This document shows positions 61,392 through 64,000 of a stretch of 64,000 nucleotides of DNA, piece by piece. The stretch is from Gemmatimonadota bacterium (GTDB lineage Bacteria > Gemmatimonadota > Gemmatimonadetes > Palauibacterales > Palauibacteraceae): assembly GCA_963666735.1 (NCBI GenBank), contig OY762926.1, forward strand, positions 864,001 through 928,000, written 5' to 3'. A program made the position numbers and the translations under genes. Within the stretch, counting starts at the first letter, position 1. Every line of letters begins with the position of its first letter. Under the pieces are notes generated by a model. The model saw only the letters and a program-made list of their open reading frames with translations. It had not been told where the DNA came from and ran no database searches.

Positions 61392-63036
61392 GAGCTTGCG
61401 CGGTAGAACGGTCGCGAAGGGCGGCGGATCCCGGGAAGCGCGGCCGCCCGGAGGCTGAGGGGCGCCGGTTGTCGGCGGGAGCCGCCGTCGCGCGGGCGAA
61501 GCCGCCGCGCCGGCGCCGTTTCCGGGTGGATCCGGCCGCGTTTCGGGCCCCGGAGGCCCTCCGGCGCGAAGATTTCGCCCCTCACGCGGCCCGAAGGACG
61601 TGGAGGCGCCGCGCGTTGAGCGCCAGACACACCAGATCCCACTCGCCGCGCACGTTCTCCAAGCCCCTGAGGCTGAACCTCCTGAACCCCATCGCCTCCT
61701 TGACCCACCCGATGGGCGCTTCGGCGATCCACTTGCGCTTGGCATACACCGCCCGGCCCTGGGGAGTCTCCAGCTTCTTCGCCATGCGCGCCGTCGCCGG
61801 GAGCTTCTTCGGGTCGGGCTTGCCGGCCCCCTTGCCCTCCCGGCCCAGCGCCACGTAGCCGTCGATCCCCCGCGCATCCAGAGCCGCCAGATCCTCCTCG
61901 TTCGAGTAGCCCGCGTCGGCCAGCACCTCGCCCGGCGTCTCCCCCAACCGCCCGGACACCTCGTCCACCCGCTCCACCAGCTGCCCCTGGTCGCTCGCGT
62001 TGTCGGTCACCTCCGCCCCCAGCACCAGCTGGCTCTCGCCGTCGACCACCGCCTGCGCGTTGTAGCACTGCTGGTAGCCCTCCGTGCTCGTCCGCATGAT
62101 CCGGCTCTCCGGATCCGTGAAGTTCGTCTGCGAGTCCGCCTCCGGCTCCCCGTAGGCCAGCTTGTACGGCGACCCCCCCTTCGGGTTGCGGTCCCACTCC
62201 GGCTCCCGGCCCCGCGCGTCGTCGCGCTCCCGCGCCTCCGCCTCCAGACGAGCCCGCGCCGCCCGGATCGCCGCCAGCCGGTCCTCCCGCCGCTTCAGCT
62301 CCTCCGGCAGCTCGTCGCCCCGAACGTCCTCCCCGTGCCGCTCGTCCTCCTCCGCGTCGGCCGCCTCCGCACGCGCCAGCAACTCCGCGATCTCCGCCTC
62401 CAGGCGCGCCTCCTCCGGACCCATCCGCCCGTAGCTCATCGCCTTCCGCTTGCTCGCGTTCGCCCGAACCTTCGTCCCGTCCACCGCCACCCGGCCCAGC
62501 CCCGCCAGACCCAGCTCCCGCGCCAGAAGCACCGCCTCGGCGAACAACGCACCGAACGCCCTCAGGTTCTTCTTCCGGAACTCGCACAGCGTCCGGTGCG
62601 CCGGAAAGTTCCCCGCCGCCAGCATCCTGAGCGGCACGTCCTCCTCCAGCTTCCGCGCCAGCTTCCGAGACGAGAACACCCCCGTCGCGTAACCGTACAG
62701 CAGAACCTTCACCATCATCCGCGGATCGTACGGGCTCCGACGGCGTCCGTCCCCCTCGTACCGCGCGTAGAACGCCGACAGGTCCAGCGCGTCCACCAGA
62801 TCGCTCACGTGGTGCGCCAGATGCCCCGCCGGCACCCACTCGCGAAGATCCTGCGGCAGCAGCAACCGCTGGTCCGGATCGTACGGGCGGAACCTCGTCC
62901 GCATCCTCTCCGGATCGTACGGTAGAGACCTCGCACTCATCGCCAACTCCCCGCGCCGAACTTGAACCCGTCACAGCACGCCATCACCATAACCACCCGA
63001 AACGCGCCGCACCATCGGTTTCTACGGCGCAGGCTC
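61392..63036 (-). mobile_element. IS1182-family insertion sequence, copy 2 (1645 bp, inverted relative to copy 1)
   Basis: Same inverted repeats as copy 1; flanked by CTAG at 61388-61391 and 63037-63040. Confidence 0.92.
61582..62940 (-). CDS. IS1182-family DDE transposase (protein identical to copy 1)
   Basis: ORF-track translation is identical to 45388-46752. Confidence 0.93.
   Translation of the reverse strand: MSARSLPYDPERMRTRFRPYDPDQRLLLPQDLREWVPAGHLAHHVSDLVDALDLSAFYARYEGDGRRRSPYDPRMMVKVLLYGYATGVFSSRKLARKLEEDVPLRMLAAGNFPAHRTLCEFRKKNLRAFGALFAEAVLLARELGLAGLGRVAVDGTKVRANASKRKAMSYGRMGPEEARLEAEIAELLARAEAADAEEDERHGEDVRGDELPEELKRREDRLAAIRAARARLEAEARERDDARGREPEWDRNPKGGSPYKLAYGEPEADSQTNFTDPESRIMRTSTEGYQQCYNAQAVVDGESQLVLGAEVTDNASDQGQLVERVDEVSGRLGETPGEVLADAGYSNEEDLAALDARGIDGYVALGREGKGAGKPDPKKLPATARMAKKLETPQGRAVYAKRKWIAEAPIGWVKEAMGFRRFSLRGLENVRGEWDLVCLALNARRLHVLRAA

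Positions 63037-64000
<964 letters not shown>

Noticed and set aside
45298..63036. Composite transposon carrying the 14.4-kb interval
   Set aside because: The cargo is essential housekeeping DNA and each IS has its own CTAG pair, consistent with independent insertions.

Overview
Very GC-rich bacterial chromosome segment made mostly of housekeeping genes on the minus strand. Gene content and protein style suggest Gemmatimonadota; this is an inference, not a database result. Core clusters: eno-ftsB; tRNA-Met-thiI-uppS-cdsA-dxr-rseP; serS-histidine kinase-pcrA/uvrD; murA-pgeF; rimP-nusA-L7Ae-infB-DUF503-rbfA-truB-ribF-rpsO-pnp-M16 peptidase-ald; mreBCD-mrdA-rodA-accD-folC-brx-hisS-guaA-nif3; mlaEFD; clpB; trxA-rsmI. 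Notable features: (1) an uncharacterised cell-envelope module at 1-7462, consisting of a DUF4175-like giant, a TPR protein, a secreted Cys/His GATase-like protein and a TonB/TolA-like SxxxH-anchored protein with a non-canonical C-terminus; (2) two near-identical inverted 1645-bp IS1182 copies, each inserted in a CTAG that forms a gene's TAG stop codon; (3) pgeF/yfiH interrupted by one in-frame TGA; (4) an OPT transporter apparently collapsed to an N-plus-C mini-protein; (5) a 5x11-bp repeat array fused to a promoter; (6) a sigma54 promoter upstream of clpB; (7) rimP and rpsO leader structures; (8) a CCA-less tRNA-Met ending 6 nt before thiI. I saw no CRISPR array, rRNA or prophage. All product calls come from motif recognition by eye.
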